From the NCBI GenBank assembly GCA_051532055.1, contig JAOPTX010000009.1:1-64000 (forward strand): a stretch of 64,000 nucleotides of DNA, in the 5' to 3' direction. The number at the start of each line of letters is the position of its first letter. The first letter of the stretch is position 1. Both the position numbers and the translations under genes were made by a program. Below are positions 48,158 to 57,308 of the stretch, piece by piece. Origin of the DNA: Fibrobacterales bacterium (GTDB lineage Bacteria > Fibrobacterota > Fibrobacteria > Fibrobacterales > JAOPTW01). Under the pieces are notes generated by a model, which was not told where the DNA came from, did not search any database, and worked only from the letters and a program-made list of their open reading frames with translations.

Positions 48158-49528
48158 ATGTATTTGCTATTATTATGTATGCTATGCTTAGTTGTTGGAT
48201 GTACTCGTTCAGAAACTATAGCGAGTACCGAAGTGGAAAATGAAATTGCGGTTAAGATTTCGGGAAGTGCTGCCACAGGCTATGCTATTGAAGATGCTGA
48301 CTGGATAATTCAGAGTGAATCGGGTGATACGCTCGCAACAGGAACAACTGATAGTATTGGCTCGATTATCCACGCCTTTGAAGAGGGGGAAGTGAGAGAA
48401 GATGCGCGCTTAATTATTACAGTGGATAATGGAGAGAAGTACAGAGGAATCTCATTTGAAGAGGGGACTCACCGGTATCCAGTTATATCACCGCTTTCTG
48501 AATATTTTACTGAGTCATTTGTGAAAATATCTCAATCGGGGTCTGCATTTATTGTTCCCAAAATTGATTCATTACACAAGTTAGAGAAAGAGATGCATGT
48601 AATGCTGTATGGAGTGGATAGTGGGATGGTTTTGAGAGATAGTACTTTCAAGCCTGCTCGAAAAGGAATGAGAGAAGGCGAGCCCTCAGAATTGGATCTG
48701 TTCATTCACTCGGTAACAGAGATAAGTAATGGGACGTCGGGTGGACGAGATTCACTTTTTGAAGTACATAGATATGATGATGGTAAAGGGCCACTCGTTC
48801 AAAATAGAGATATGCAACGTCAGTATGCTCAAACAGTATCACTTTTTGAAATACCTGATGATAAAAAAGAGCTCTACTTTAAATCTTTTGATTACGGTGA
48901 TCAGAAAAGCAACGTTGGTCAATTTGGCGCTGTTATGGATATGGTTAGAACAAGCAAGTTCCTTGAAAAATATAACGGCCATCCTGTGAGGCGTGAGGTA
49001 GAAGCGGTTTATTTAGAGACTGTTAATAGTACCGTTTCTGTTATTGATAACAATCGAGAAATGGTAGCTGATGGAGAGTATTGGTTGCATCTTGGGCATA
49101 TTGTAAACGTAGCTATGCAGCCGATACACAAAGACCTTGAGTTAATTGTTGTTGAAGAGTTGTCTGCTATACAATGGAATGCTATAGAGTTATATGGACG
49201 GTTACTTGGCATACAGGTTGGTAGAATGATAGAGGCGTTAACCTTTGCTCCTCTTAAAGCCAATCCTGATAGCGTTGACTTTCTGGTACATACCCTGGTT
49301 GTTGATCTCGTTCTCAATTCTTTTGATATCCATGAATATCTTGCTTCTGATTTTCAGAAGTATCGTGATGATCATGTGAATAAACCGAGCGATTTCGATA
49401 TAAAAGAAGCTCTTGAAAGAATTAAAAATGATGAACGCCTTGGGCCTGGATCTGGACCTGGGCCTGGACCTAGTCCAAATGGTGGCACTCCACAAAATGG
49501 TGCTATGCACGAGATGGCTCCAGAGTAA
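48158..49528 (+). CDS. Lipoprotein partner of cassette 6
   Basis: Lipobox LVVG-C; STEVEN; ATG directly follows the upstream TAG; GPG repeat tail. Confidence 0.75.
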   Translation: MYLLLLCMLCLVVGCTRSETIASTEVENEIAVKISGSAATGYAIEDADWIIQSESGDTLATGTTDSIGSIIHAFEEGEVREDARLIITVDNGEKYRGISFEEGTHRYPVISPLSEYFTESFVKISQSGSAFIVPKIDSLHKLEKEMHVMLYGVDSGMVLRDSTFKPARKGMREGEPSELDLFIHSVTEISNGTSGGRDSLFEVHRYDDGKGPLVQNRDMQRQYAQTVSLFEIPDDKKELYFKSFDYGDQKSNVGQFGAVMDMVRTSKFLEKYNGHPVRREVEAVYLETVNSTVSVIDNNREMVADGEYWLHLGHIVNVAMQPIHKDLELIVVEELSAIQWNAIELYGRLLGIQVGRMIEALTFAPLKANPDSVDFLVHTLVVDLVLNSFDIHEYLASDFQKYRDDHVNKPSDFDIKEALERIKNDERLGPGSGPGPGPSPNGGTPQNGAMHEMAPE

Positions 49529-49545
49529 GAGTTGAGATACTCATA

Positions 49546-49794
49546 GTGAATGCTCTGGCAAAAGAGCATGCAAATGTGTTTATGCTTCTTGGGGGGCATC
49601 ATTGTGCTCGTGAAACTCGGGAAACCATATCGAATAATCATGGTGGTCAATACTAACAGATAATGCAAGATTATCAAGGGGATGACCCAGGCAAGAATGA
49701 GTTTGAAGCATTTACCTATTCACCTGCCTTATATAAATTTGAAGAAGATGACAGCTCAAACTTTACGCTTCAGTATCAGATGACTGCGGAATAA
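49546..49794 (+). pseudogene. Remnant of a calcineurin-like metallophosphoesterase C-terminus
   Basis: Translates as VNALAKEHANVFMLLGGHH...GGQY*QIMQDYQG...TYSPAL..FEEDDSSNFTL; in-frame TAA at 49654-49656; no N-terminal half. Confidence 0.6.
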
Positions 49795-49831
49795 GAATAT
49801 GTTAAACTATTGATCATTAATTTTTAATTAG

Positions 49832-49863
49832 AAAAAGCTTGATTCGATGAATCAGGCTTTTTT
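49832..49863. terminator. Bidirectional terminator-like hairpin
   Basis: AAAAAGCTTGATTC-GAT-GAATCAGGCTTTTTT. Confidence 0.7.
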
Positions 49864-51173
49864 TATTTGATACTATAGTTGTCAAAGAAATCTAGTACAA
49901 GGGGCCATCCCCAGGTTTCTTGAAATTCATGGCCCATTGTGGCTCGGCAGTCTAGGACCTGAGGCCAGCCTGTATCTGAAATACACCACTTTCTACAATC
50001 AGTTTCTCTATAGCCATCATCAAATTGAGTGAGGGTAAGCTCTTCACTACAGTGTTGTTCTGCCCATATTTTAGTGATTGCTGAGGCCGTTACATAGTGA
50101 TAGGCATCGTTTCCTTCACTTGTGGAAAAGCCGGTGGCTTCCCATTCTCCGGGAGGTACTACTGGGTCAGTTGTACCAGTGATGAGAAGAACGGGGAGTG
50201 GGCCTGATTTACCAGGACCGCCTGTATACCCACGATGAGGTTGCCCAATAGTAGGGGCGATGGCACGAAAGAGTGGAGCGCTTTCACTGTTTTGCCCAAG
50301 CTCCCAAGTAAACATGCCGCCATTTGAGGCGCCAAAAGCAAAAATATTATTATCATCGATATTGAGTTTGGATTTAATTTCTGAAATCAGGTGGATTACA
50401 AATTGAACATCATCTTGGATACAATGAGTCCAGGCACAGTTGTTATTGTTTCCTTGTCCATTGTCGCATGACTCATAGCCATAATTTGTTGTTGTGGTAG
50501 TGTCGCATGTTGGTTGGTTGTCGGGTGTGAGGCCCGTTGATGAACCTTTAAAGCGCCAAGAGTTAATGGTTTGAAGGGAAAGTCCGTTATCAGCATCACT
50601 CAGTCCTCGTGGTGCGACAAGTATGTATCCGCGATCTTCGGCTTGTTGAGTGAAAAGTGGTTTTTCAAGAAAGGCATTGTGGTTTTCTCCCCAACCATGA
50701 AAAAGGAGAATGAGTTTGAGAGGGCTGGTATGTGAATAGGTGGTGGGTACAAAAAGCCGGTACTCTCGACTAATGCCTTCAAAGAGTAACGAGTGGGAAC
50801 CGTTAGATGGAGGGACTAGTGGTATGGCTGTTGCGCTGCTTGAGACACTGCTCTTTGATGATAGGGTGTTGGTAGAAGATGATAACGGGACATTGCTTAT
50901 ACTGCTTTGGTTGCTCGATGTGCCTGTAGATGACGGGCTCCATGCGATAGATGACGAACGGGAGTAACTTTGTGACTCTGTTTCAAGGGACGATTCCTTT
51001 TCCTCTGACGATAGGTTAGGGGTGCTCCTTATGATTTCACTTGATTGAAATTGTGCGCTACTTTCGGTAGTAACAAATTCAGTACTGTCATTTGTTTCAC
51101 AGGAGATGAATGAAAGGGATACCATACAGGTAATTGAAAATATCGTTAAATGTAAAAGGAGATTTGTGTTCAT
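49863..51173 (-). CDS. Lipoprotein alpha/beta hydrolase (LpqC/PHB-depolymerase/CE1-like esterase)
   Basis: REYRLFVP, LFHGWG, DDVQF, GASNGG nucleophile, GTTDPVVP and GH motifs. Confidence 0.85.
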   Translation of the reverse strand: MNTNLLLHLTIFSITCMVSLSFISCETNDSTEFVTTESSAQFQSSEIIRSTPNLSSEEKESSLETESQSYSRSSSIAWSPSSTGTSSNQSSISNVPLSSSTNTLSSKSSVSSSATAIPLVPPSNGSHSLLFEGISREYRLFVPTTYSHTSPLKLILLFHGWGENHNAFLEKPLFTQQAEDRGYILVAPRGLSDADNGLSLQTINSWRFKGSSTGLTPDNQPTCDTTTTTNYGYESCDNGQGNNNNCAWTHCIQDDVQFVIHLISEIKSKLNIDDNNIFAFGASNGGMFTWELGQNSESAPLFRAIAPTIGQPHRGYTGGPGKSGPLPVLLITGTTDPVVPPGEWEATGFSTSEGNDAYHYVTASAITKIWAEQHCSEELTLTQFDDGYRETDCRKWCISDTGWPQVLDCRATMGHEFQETWGWPLVLDFFDNYSIK

Positions 51174-51370
51174 TGATTCGTGTGTGCTTGGGGGAATGAG
51201 ATAAATGTACTTTCATTTTAATCTACGAGCACCTGTTTTCTATTCAGTCACTTTTTATTCGTGTAATTAATGTGGATTGAATAGTTGCCAGAACTTCGGG
51301 CTTCGTTATTGTAAACTATGAGTAAAATTCTATACTGTGGGGGTCGCATCTATCCACAGGATTTTTTTTC

Positions 51371-52024
51371 ATGAATCACCAAGATATTCTTACCCAGACT
51401 GAAACATTTGTTAAAACAACTCTTCAAAATGCAGAAGGGGGTCATGACTGGTGGCATAGTTATCGAGTCTGGAAACTTTCACGGACTATTGCTGAAGGTG
51501 AAGAAGTGGATACCCTTGTAGTTGAACTTGCTGCACTTCTTCATGATATTGCCGACTCAAAGTTTAATGGGGGTGACGAAACTATTGGGCCTAAAATGGC
51601 AACACAGTTTTTAACATCTATAGATGTAGATACGAGTGTTGTAGAGCATGTGGTTTATATAATCAATAACATCTCTTATAAAGGTGGGCATCTCGAAAAG
51701 AGTTTTCATTCTAAAGAGCTTGATGTTGTTCAAGATGCTGACCGACTTGATGCTCTGGGTGCCATAGGGATTTCTCGAGCATTTAGTTATGGGGGGCATA
51801 AAGGTCGTGAAATATATAATCCCGATATTCCTCCGCAAATATATGCAACTAAAGAGAAATACAAAAAAAGTACTTCACCGAGCTTTAACCACTTTACCGA
51901 AAAGTTGCTTCTTCTTAAAAATCTTATGAATACTCAAACAGGTAAAGAAATGGCTGGTGAGCGGCATCGCTTTTTAGAGGCATACATGACTCAATTTTTG
52001 GCCGAGTGGGATGGGCATAGTTAA
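51371..52024 (+). CDS. HD-domain phosphohydrolase
   Basis: GHDWWH..RV, AALLHDIAD, VQDADRLDALGAIG and HF.EKLL motifs. Confidence 0.92.
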   Translation: MNHQDILTQTETFVKTTLQNAEGGHDWWHSYRVWKLSRTIAEGEEVDTLVVELAALLHDIADSKFNGGDETIGPKMATQFLTSIDVDTSVVEHVVYIINNISYKGGHLEKSFHSKELDVVQDADRLDALGAIGISRAFSYGGHKGREIYNPDIPPQIYATKEKYKKSTSPSFNHFTEKLLLLKNLMNTQTGKEMAGERHRFLEAYMTQFLAEWDGHS

Positions 52025-52077
52025 TTTAATATATATTTAACATTACTTGCTGGGGATCGAGAGTTACAGAGGTTTTT

Positions 52078-53547
52078 ATGAAAATGAGTGTCATCGTTTT
52101 AATGACTGCTATTCTTCTTTTTATGGGGTGTTTTGGAGGTGGTTCTACTACTCAATCGGAAACAGTGGATTCATCGCAACATAAGAGTTCAGATGTAGAA
52201 ATGAGTAGTGAACGGGCTGATGATGTATCAAGTGAAGTCATTTCGATTGAGTCATCGCAGCTAGTAATAGATAGTAGTGATGAAGACGTTCTCTCTTCTT
52301 CTTCTTCTTCTTCTTCCATGTCTTCTACGGAATTATCTTCCTCTGAATCTGTAAATTCAAGGAGCTCATCAGAAGATACCAATAGTGATAGTAGTGATGC
52401 AGAACGGTCGAGTTCAGTAGTAGTCACGCCAGTCAGTTCATCAGAAGAGGTGTATCTTTCTCAAGAGTCTATCACTATTGACGCAGAAGAATATGATTCT
52501 AAAAATGGGTCTGTTACTCATGAAGGAGATCACATTGCCAATATTGAACAAGGGGATTGGATTCATTATAGTGAGATTGACTTTGGAGCAGGTGGATTTC
52601 GGAGTATTATCTTTTCTGCATCGCTCTTTTTAAATTATGAAGAGCCAGAAGCTGATGAATCATTCTTCGAAATTCATATAGATAGTCTTGGTGGCGAGAT
52701 CATTGGAATATTTGAACCAGACAATACTGGTGACTGGGGAACATTTACTGAACAAAGCATACCGGTATCAAGGGTTGAAGGAGTGCACGACCTCTACTTT
52801 GTAGCAGGAGACTATGGTTTCAGTGATGGTGTAGGTAACCTTGATGCCTTTACTTTACAGTCGGAAAGTGTTGATGCTCTACAGCGAGTGCTCTTTGTGG
52901 GTAATAGTTATACCTTTTATAATAATATGCCTGAACTTGTTGAGGCAATGATACGGAGCGAAGGCTACGAGGTGATTGTTGAGCGGTCGACAAAGCCTGG
53001 GGCCTGGTGGGATTTTCACGATGATACTGCCGAAGCGGTAACCCTTGATCTAATAGAACAGGGTAATTATGATGCGGTCATTATTCAAAACAATAGCAAA
53101 AGCTCACTTGATGCTGAACGGTTTTTAACTCATGGTGCAGTCCTCATAGATGCCATTAAAGAAAGTGGCGCTCGTGCATTACTGTATGAAACGTGGGGTA
53201 GAGAAGCCTACAATGCGGCTGATGGTATCGATCAAGATACTATTAGCGCAATGTATCAGGCTCTTGCAAACCAGGAGAATATATCAGTTGTCCCTGTTGG
53301 TACACTCTGGCAAGAGGTGAGGGATGCTGATGCCACATTGGGTAATGATCTCTTTTCAAATGATGGTTCACACCCGTCGCCCTTAGGGTCTTATTTTATC
53401 GCAATGACCTTTTATCGGTACCTCACAAAAATGTCAGTAGCAGATCTTCCCAAGGCTCTCGAAGGAGTTTCAGTTGATGAGCAGAAACTTGAAGCATTAA
53501 AGACTCATGTGGATGCTCTTTCTGGGGCGAGTATACTCGCTCATTAG
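52078..53547 (+). CDS. Lipoprotein: Ser-rich linker, CBM6-like module, SGNH/GDSL esterase
   Basis: IDAEEY...GDWI.Y..IDFG...TGDW..F...G.HDLYF; VLFVGNSYT and DGSHP. Confidence 0.85.
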   Translation: MKMSVIVLMTAILLFMGCFGGGSTTQSETVDSSQHKSSDVEMSSERADDVSSEVISIESSQLVIDSSDEDVLSSSSSSSSMSSTELSSSESVNSRSSSEDTNSDSSDAERSSSVVVTPVSSSEEVYLSQESITIDAEEYDSKNGSVTHEGDHIANIEQGDWIHYSEIDFGAGGFRSIIFSASLFLNYEEPEADESFFEIHIDSLGGEIIGIFEPDNTGDWGTFTEQSIPVSRVEGVHDLYFVAGDYGFSDGVGNLDAFTLQSESVDALQRVLFVGNSYTFYNNMPELVEAMIRSEGYEVIVERSTKPGAWWDFHDDTAEAVTLDLIEQGNYDAVIIQNNSKSSLDAERFLTHGAVLIDAIKESGARALLYETWGREAYNAADGIDQDTISAMYQALANQENISVVPVGTLWQEVRDADATLGNDLFSNDGSHPSPLGSYFIAMTFYRYLTKMSVADLPKALEGVSVDEQKLEALKTHVDALSGASILAH

Positions 53548-53710
53548 GGATCTAATGGCATTGATGTACGCTAGAATCATCTGAGTTAAAGAGAATGCAG
53601 GAGCGAGAAATAAAATGGTCGCTCAGAGAGACCATTTCAACACACTCCTCTCAAATTGGTTACTATCGAAGCTATTGTGAAAGTATATTATACTCACAAA
53701 GGAAGGATCT

Positions 53711-54460
53711 ATGGTCGTAAATATTCTCTTATGGTGTTGTGTAATTTTCATGGTTGGCTGTGAAGGGGTTAATAGGGGGGCTGAGGTTAATGCTTTTTCA
53801 TCCGATGCAACAGTATCTTCTGAGGGGTCATTCTCTCTGTCAAGTGCCCCTGAAGTTTTGAGTTCAGAAAATATCCAAGAGAGTGCATATGAATTTAGTA
53901 GTTCTCGTGGGATAAGAGAGTCTTCTAAGTCTTCTGAATCTTCTGTAGTACTCGACAATGACGCTGACTCATCTTTTGAGATTGATACAGTAGGGAGTAG
54001 TGCACAATCGTCATCAATTGAGATAACCAGTTCTTCTCGTGGTGAAGCACCGATCTCTTCAAGTATTTCCATAAGACAAGCAAATCTCACGTGGTATACC
54101 TCATATCCCGACCCAGGGAGTGAAGAGTGTATTGTGTATAATGGGTGTCAATGGGCGGGCTATTTTGCAGGAGTCGATGGGCAGATGAGCGAAACATGGG
54201 TAGAGGAACATAACATCGCTGCAGTGCATGAAAAAGATTTTGATACCTTTGCTCTCAAAACGTTACGCCTAAGCCAGGGAGATCACGAGATAGATGTCGT
54301 GGTCTATGATATGTGTGCAGATTCAGATTGTGATGGATGCTGTACTCAAAATGCAGAAGGGCCTGGTTTTTTAATCGATGTCGAAAGTTTTACTGCGGAA
54401 CGGTTTGGAGTAAACGATGGGGTGGTTGACTGGTATTGTCTAGACTGTTTAAATGAATAA
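53711..54460 (+). CDS. Lipoprotein with C-terminal Cys-rich double-psi beta-barrel (RlpA/expansin-like) domain
   Basis: FMVG-C; Ser-rich linker; T.Y...IAAV...V.V.DMC...C...LID. Confidence 0.6.
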   Translation: MVVNILLWCCVIFMVGCEGVNRGAEVNAFSSDATVSSEGSFSLSSAPEVLSSENIQESAYEFSSSRGIRESSKSSESSVVLDNDADSSFEIDTVGSSAQSSSIEITSSSRGEAPISSSISIRQANLTWYTSYPDPGSEECIVYNGCQWAGYFAGVDGQMSETWVEEHNIAAVHEKDFDTFALKTLRLSQGDHEIDVVVYDMCADSDCDGCCTQNAEGPGFLIDVESFTAERFGVNDGVVDWYCLDCLNE

Positions 54461-54567
54461 AGGGGTTGATTTGGACCACTTACTCTTCGTACTATTTCTT
54501 TTCAATCTTAGGTCACCATTTTAAGTATACTATAGATACTAAGAACCATTTGTACCATGGAGTGAGT

Positions 54568-57285
54568 GTGTATTTATTAAAACTACTGGTTATATCTATA
54601 ATGGCGGCACTTTTTATGGTGCACTGCTCCATAGCCCCCTATCAATTACTCGAAAGTGAGAAGTTCACTGTGCACTATCCAGGCTCAGAACAACTAATTG
54701 ATTATTCACAGTATGGGATGTTTAAATACGCAGGAACACCGCACTATCGGTTTCAGATTACTGAGCTTGCAGGTCTCAAAAATGCTGCAGGGGCGGGAGT
54801 ATATCCCAATAGAACCTTTGCTGGTTTAGATTCCCTTTACCCTCAGGTGAGTGCATCACCTATGTTTAGCACGCCTTTTTTTGATCAGGGTGAATATGCT
54901 CACGCTGATTACTTTAAGTCTCTCTTTGCAAAAGAGGGGTGGGCACTCCGGTACTACTATGCTGCAGATGCTCTGGTTCGAACGGGTGAGATTCTCCAGG
55001 CCATAAAAACCTATTACGCTATTGTCGTGCACTTTCCTACGGAGTTCTCATATAGGGCTGATGGAAAAGAGGTGTGGTATATTGCAAAAAGTGCTATAAC
55101 CAAAATTCAAATTCTTGTGGGTAAACATCCACAGTTAGGACTCCGGTATAGCGGCTCATCATTTGTGGTGAAAAATACTGACGACTATGATGTGAGTAAT
55201 GATGTGGTCTCAGTAAATCCTGGGAGGATAACGGGAGAGGCTGTAGGTGCATCTATTATTGGTGGTATTCCAGAAGGATATGCAATAACGCCTGAAAAGC
55301 GTGATACAGAACTCCTTAAAAGCGAAGTTGTACTTTCTGATATGGGGCAGAAGGAGTTTATTGATTATGCGCTCTATGGTGTGTTTACTCATGAGGATGG
55401 GTCAGGCGTTTTTAGCTATACCATTACTGACTCTATAGGCCTTGCGGCGGTTGCGGGTGAGGGGGTCTATCCAAATCAGTCTACGGTATTTACCAATGAA
55501 CTCTATACGATGTTAACAAGTGCAGAGTGGCTCACTGTTGAATGTTTTGAAACCTTCTCGTATAATTCGCCCCTTCTACAATATCTCTCTTTTGCGACAG
55601 TAACGGAAACATCCAATCCTGGGCGCTCAATTAATAAAGGTGAGAAGCTTTTCTTCACAGGAGTTACCTTGCAAAATGCCGGTGATCAACAGCACGATCT
55701 TAATCTAATTCGACAAGCTATTAAGGCTTACTATGCAGTGATTGTTCATTTTCCCGGTAATGCCTCTATGGCAAGGGATAGTAGCTATGTGTGGTATCCC
55801 GCAAAGGCGAGCATTGGTAAAATATCGTTCTTGCTTGAGCAATACCCTGAGCTTGGTACGGCACTTGAGCAGACCATTGTTTCTATAAAAAATGAATTTG
55901 ATATAGACACGAGTAACGATACCATAAGTATTAATCTAGGACACCTTGTACCCGCTATAAATGAGCCCTTGCCGAATCTCGATACACTAAAGGTGGTGGA
56001 GCGTCGGTGTGGTGGCAAAAAAGAGGCAGTAGAACAATGTGATAAAAAAGTATTTGCAGAAAAATATGAGAACGGCCATTGGCAACTCTTTGCAGAGGGT
56101 AAGCCCTATATGGTGCAGGGAGTCTCTTACTATCCAACTGCCGTGGGCAACTCTCCGAAAGATGGTACCGGGCTTAACTGGATGAAGAGTGATAGAAATA
56201 ACAACGGCAAAGCTGACACTCCTTATGATGTATGGCTCGATAAAAACGGTAACAATACTCAAGATGCAGATGAACCCTCTGTAGGCGACTTTGCATTGAT
56301 GCAAGAGATGGGAGCAAATACTATTCGCTATTATCATACACCGGTAGAGAAGCGTATAAAAAGAGACGGGCGTAAAGATTCTGTTTCAATATCTTACGAC
56401 TCTGACGTGGCATTCGATAAAGCCGTACTTAGAGATCTTCATAAGACTTATGGCATTCGAGTGATTATGGGAGATTATATTGGCGCATATCTCATAGGCT
56501 CTGGCGCAGACCCGAAGATTGGTACGGATTATCGGGACCCCGTACAAAGAGAACGAATGAAAGAGATGGTCCGTGCATTGGTTATGGATCACAAAGATGA
56601 GCCCTATGTGTTGTTGTGGGTACTGGGTAATGAGAATAATATGCGCACTGATTATGAAGGGGCAAATATGACCATGACTCTTGCCTCACAATATCCAGAA
56701 GCGTATTGTCAGTTTCTTAACGAAGTTGCGCTCATGATTCATGAGATAGATCCTGATCATCCAGTAATGATTGGTAACCTCGAAACGCAACTGATGGAGT
56801 ATTATGGTGAACATGCGCCAGAGATTGATATTCTTGGGGTCAACTCATATCGAGGTAAGGAGGGTTTTGGCGATCTATTCAACAATGTACAGCGCGTATT
56901 TGATAGACCACTTCTTATTGCTGAGTATGGATCTGATGTGCTTGATGTACGGAGTGATGGGACGTCTATTAATGAGATGAGTCAATTGAATTACCATAAG
57001 GGTACTTGGGGTAATATTGTGAAGAATAGTGCAGGTAATAGTGGTGTAGGTAACGCAATTGGAGGGATCGCTTTTGAGTGGGTTGATGAGTGGTGGAAGA
57101 GTTCACTCGGTTCTAAGAATAATCAGGATATTGATAAAGATGCACCGATGCCCTTTCAAGATGGGTGGTCATCGGAAGAGTTTTTCGGTATTATGAGCCA
57201 AGGTGAGGGTAGAGAGAGTCCTTATATGAGACAGCCCCGTATGGTCTTCTATTATTACAAAACCATTTGGCCTCAGGTGCAATAA
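54568..57285 (+). CDS. Lipoprotein with duplicated N-terminal domain and C-terminal clan GH-A (GH2-like) TIM-barrel hydrolase
   Basis: Probable GTG start at 54568 (FMVH-C); MGANTIR.Y, WVLGNENN acid/base, IAEYG nucleophile and FEWVDEWWK. Confidence 0.75.
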   Translation: MYLLKLLVISIMAALFMVHCSIAPYQLLESEKFTVHYPGSEQLIDYSQYGMFKYAGTPHYRFQITELAGLKNAAGAGVYPNRTFAGLDSLYPQVSASPMFSTPFFDQGEYAHADYFKSLFAKEGWALRYYYAADALVRTGEILQAIKTYYAIVVHFPTEFSYRADGKEVWYIAKSAITKIQILVGKHPQLGLRYSGSSFVVKNTDDYDVSNDVVSVNPGRITGEAVGASIIGGIPEGYAITPEKRDTELLKSEVVLSDMGQKEFIDYALYGVFTHEDGSGVFSYTITDSIGLAAVAGEGVYPNQSTVFTNELYTMLTSAEWLTVECFETFSYNSPLLQYLSFATVTETSNPGRSINKGEKLFFTGVTLQNAGDQQHDLNLIRQAIKAYYAVIVHFPGNASMARDSSYVWYPAKASIGKISFLLEQYPELGTALEQTIVSIKNEFDIDTSNDTISINLGHLVPAINEPLPNLDTLKVVERRCGGKKEAVEQCDKKVFAEKYENGHWQLFAEGKPYMVQGVSYYPTAVGNSPKDGTGLNWMKSDRNNNGKADTPYDVWLDKNGNNTQDADEPSVGDFALMQEMGANTIRYYHTPVEKRIKRDGRKDSVSISYDSDVAFDKAVLRDLHKTYGIRVIMGDYIGAYLIGSGADPKIGTDYRDPVQRERMKEMVRALVMDHKDEPYVLLWVLGNENNMRTDYEGANMTMTLASQYPEAYCQFLNEVALMIHEIDPDHPVMIGNLETQLMEYYGEHAPEIDILGVNSYRGKEGFGDLFNNVQRVFDRPLLIAEYGSDVLDVRSDGTSINEMSQLNYHKGTWGNIVKNSAGNSGVGNAIGGIAFEWVDEWWKSSLGSKNNQDIDKDAPMPFQDGWSSEEFFGIMSQGEGRESPYMRQPRMVFYYYKTIWPQVQ

Positions 57286-57308
57286 TTGGCTAGAGCAAAG
57301 GAAAGAGT

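Noticed and set aside
52294..52317. (TCT)7 microsatellite as a phase-variation switch
   Set aside because: A trinucleotide repeat in a poly-Ser linker; slippage would keep the reading frame.
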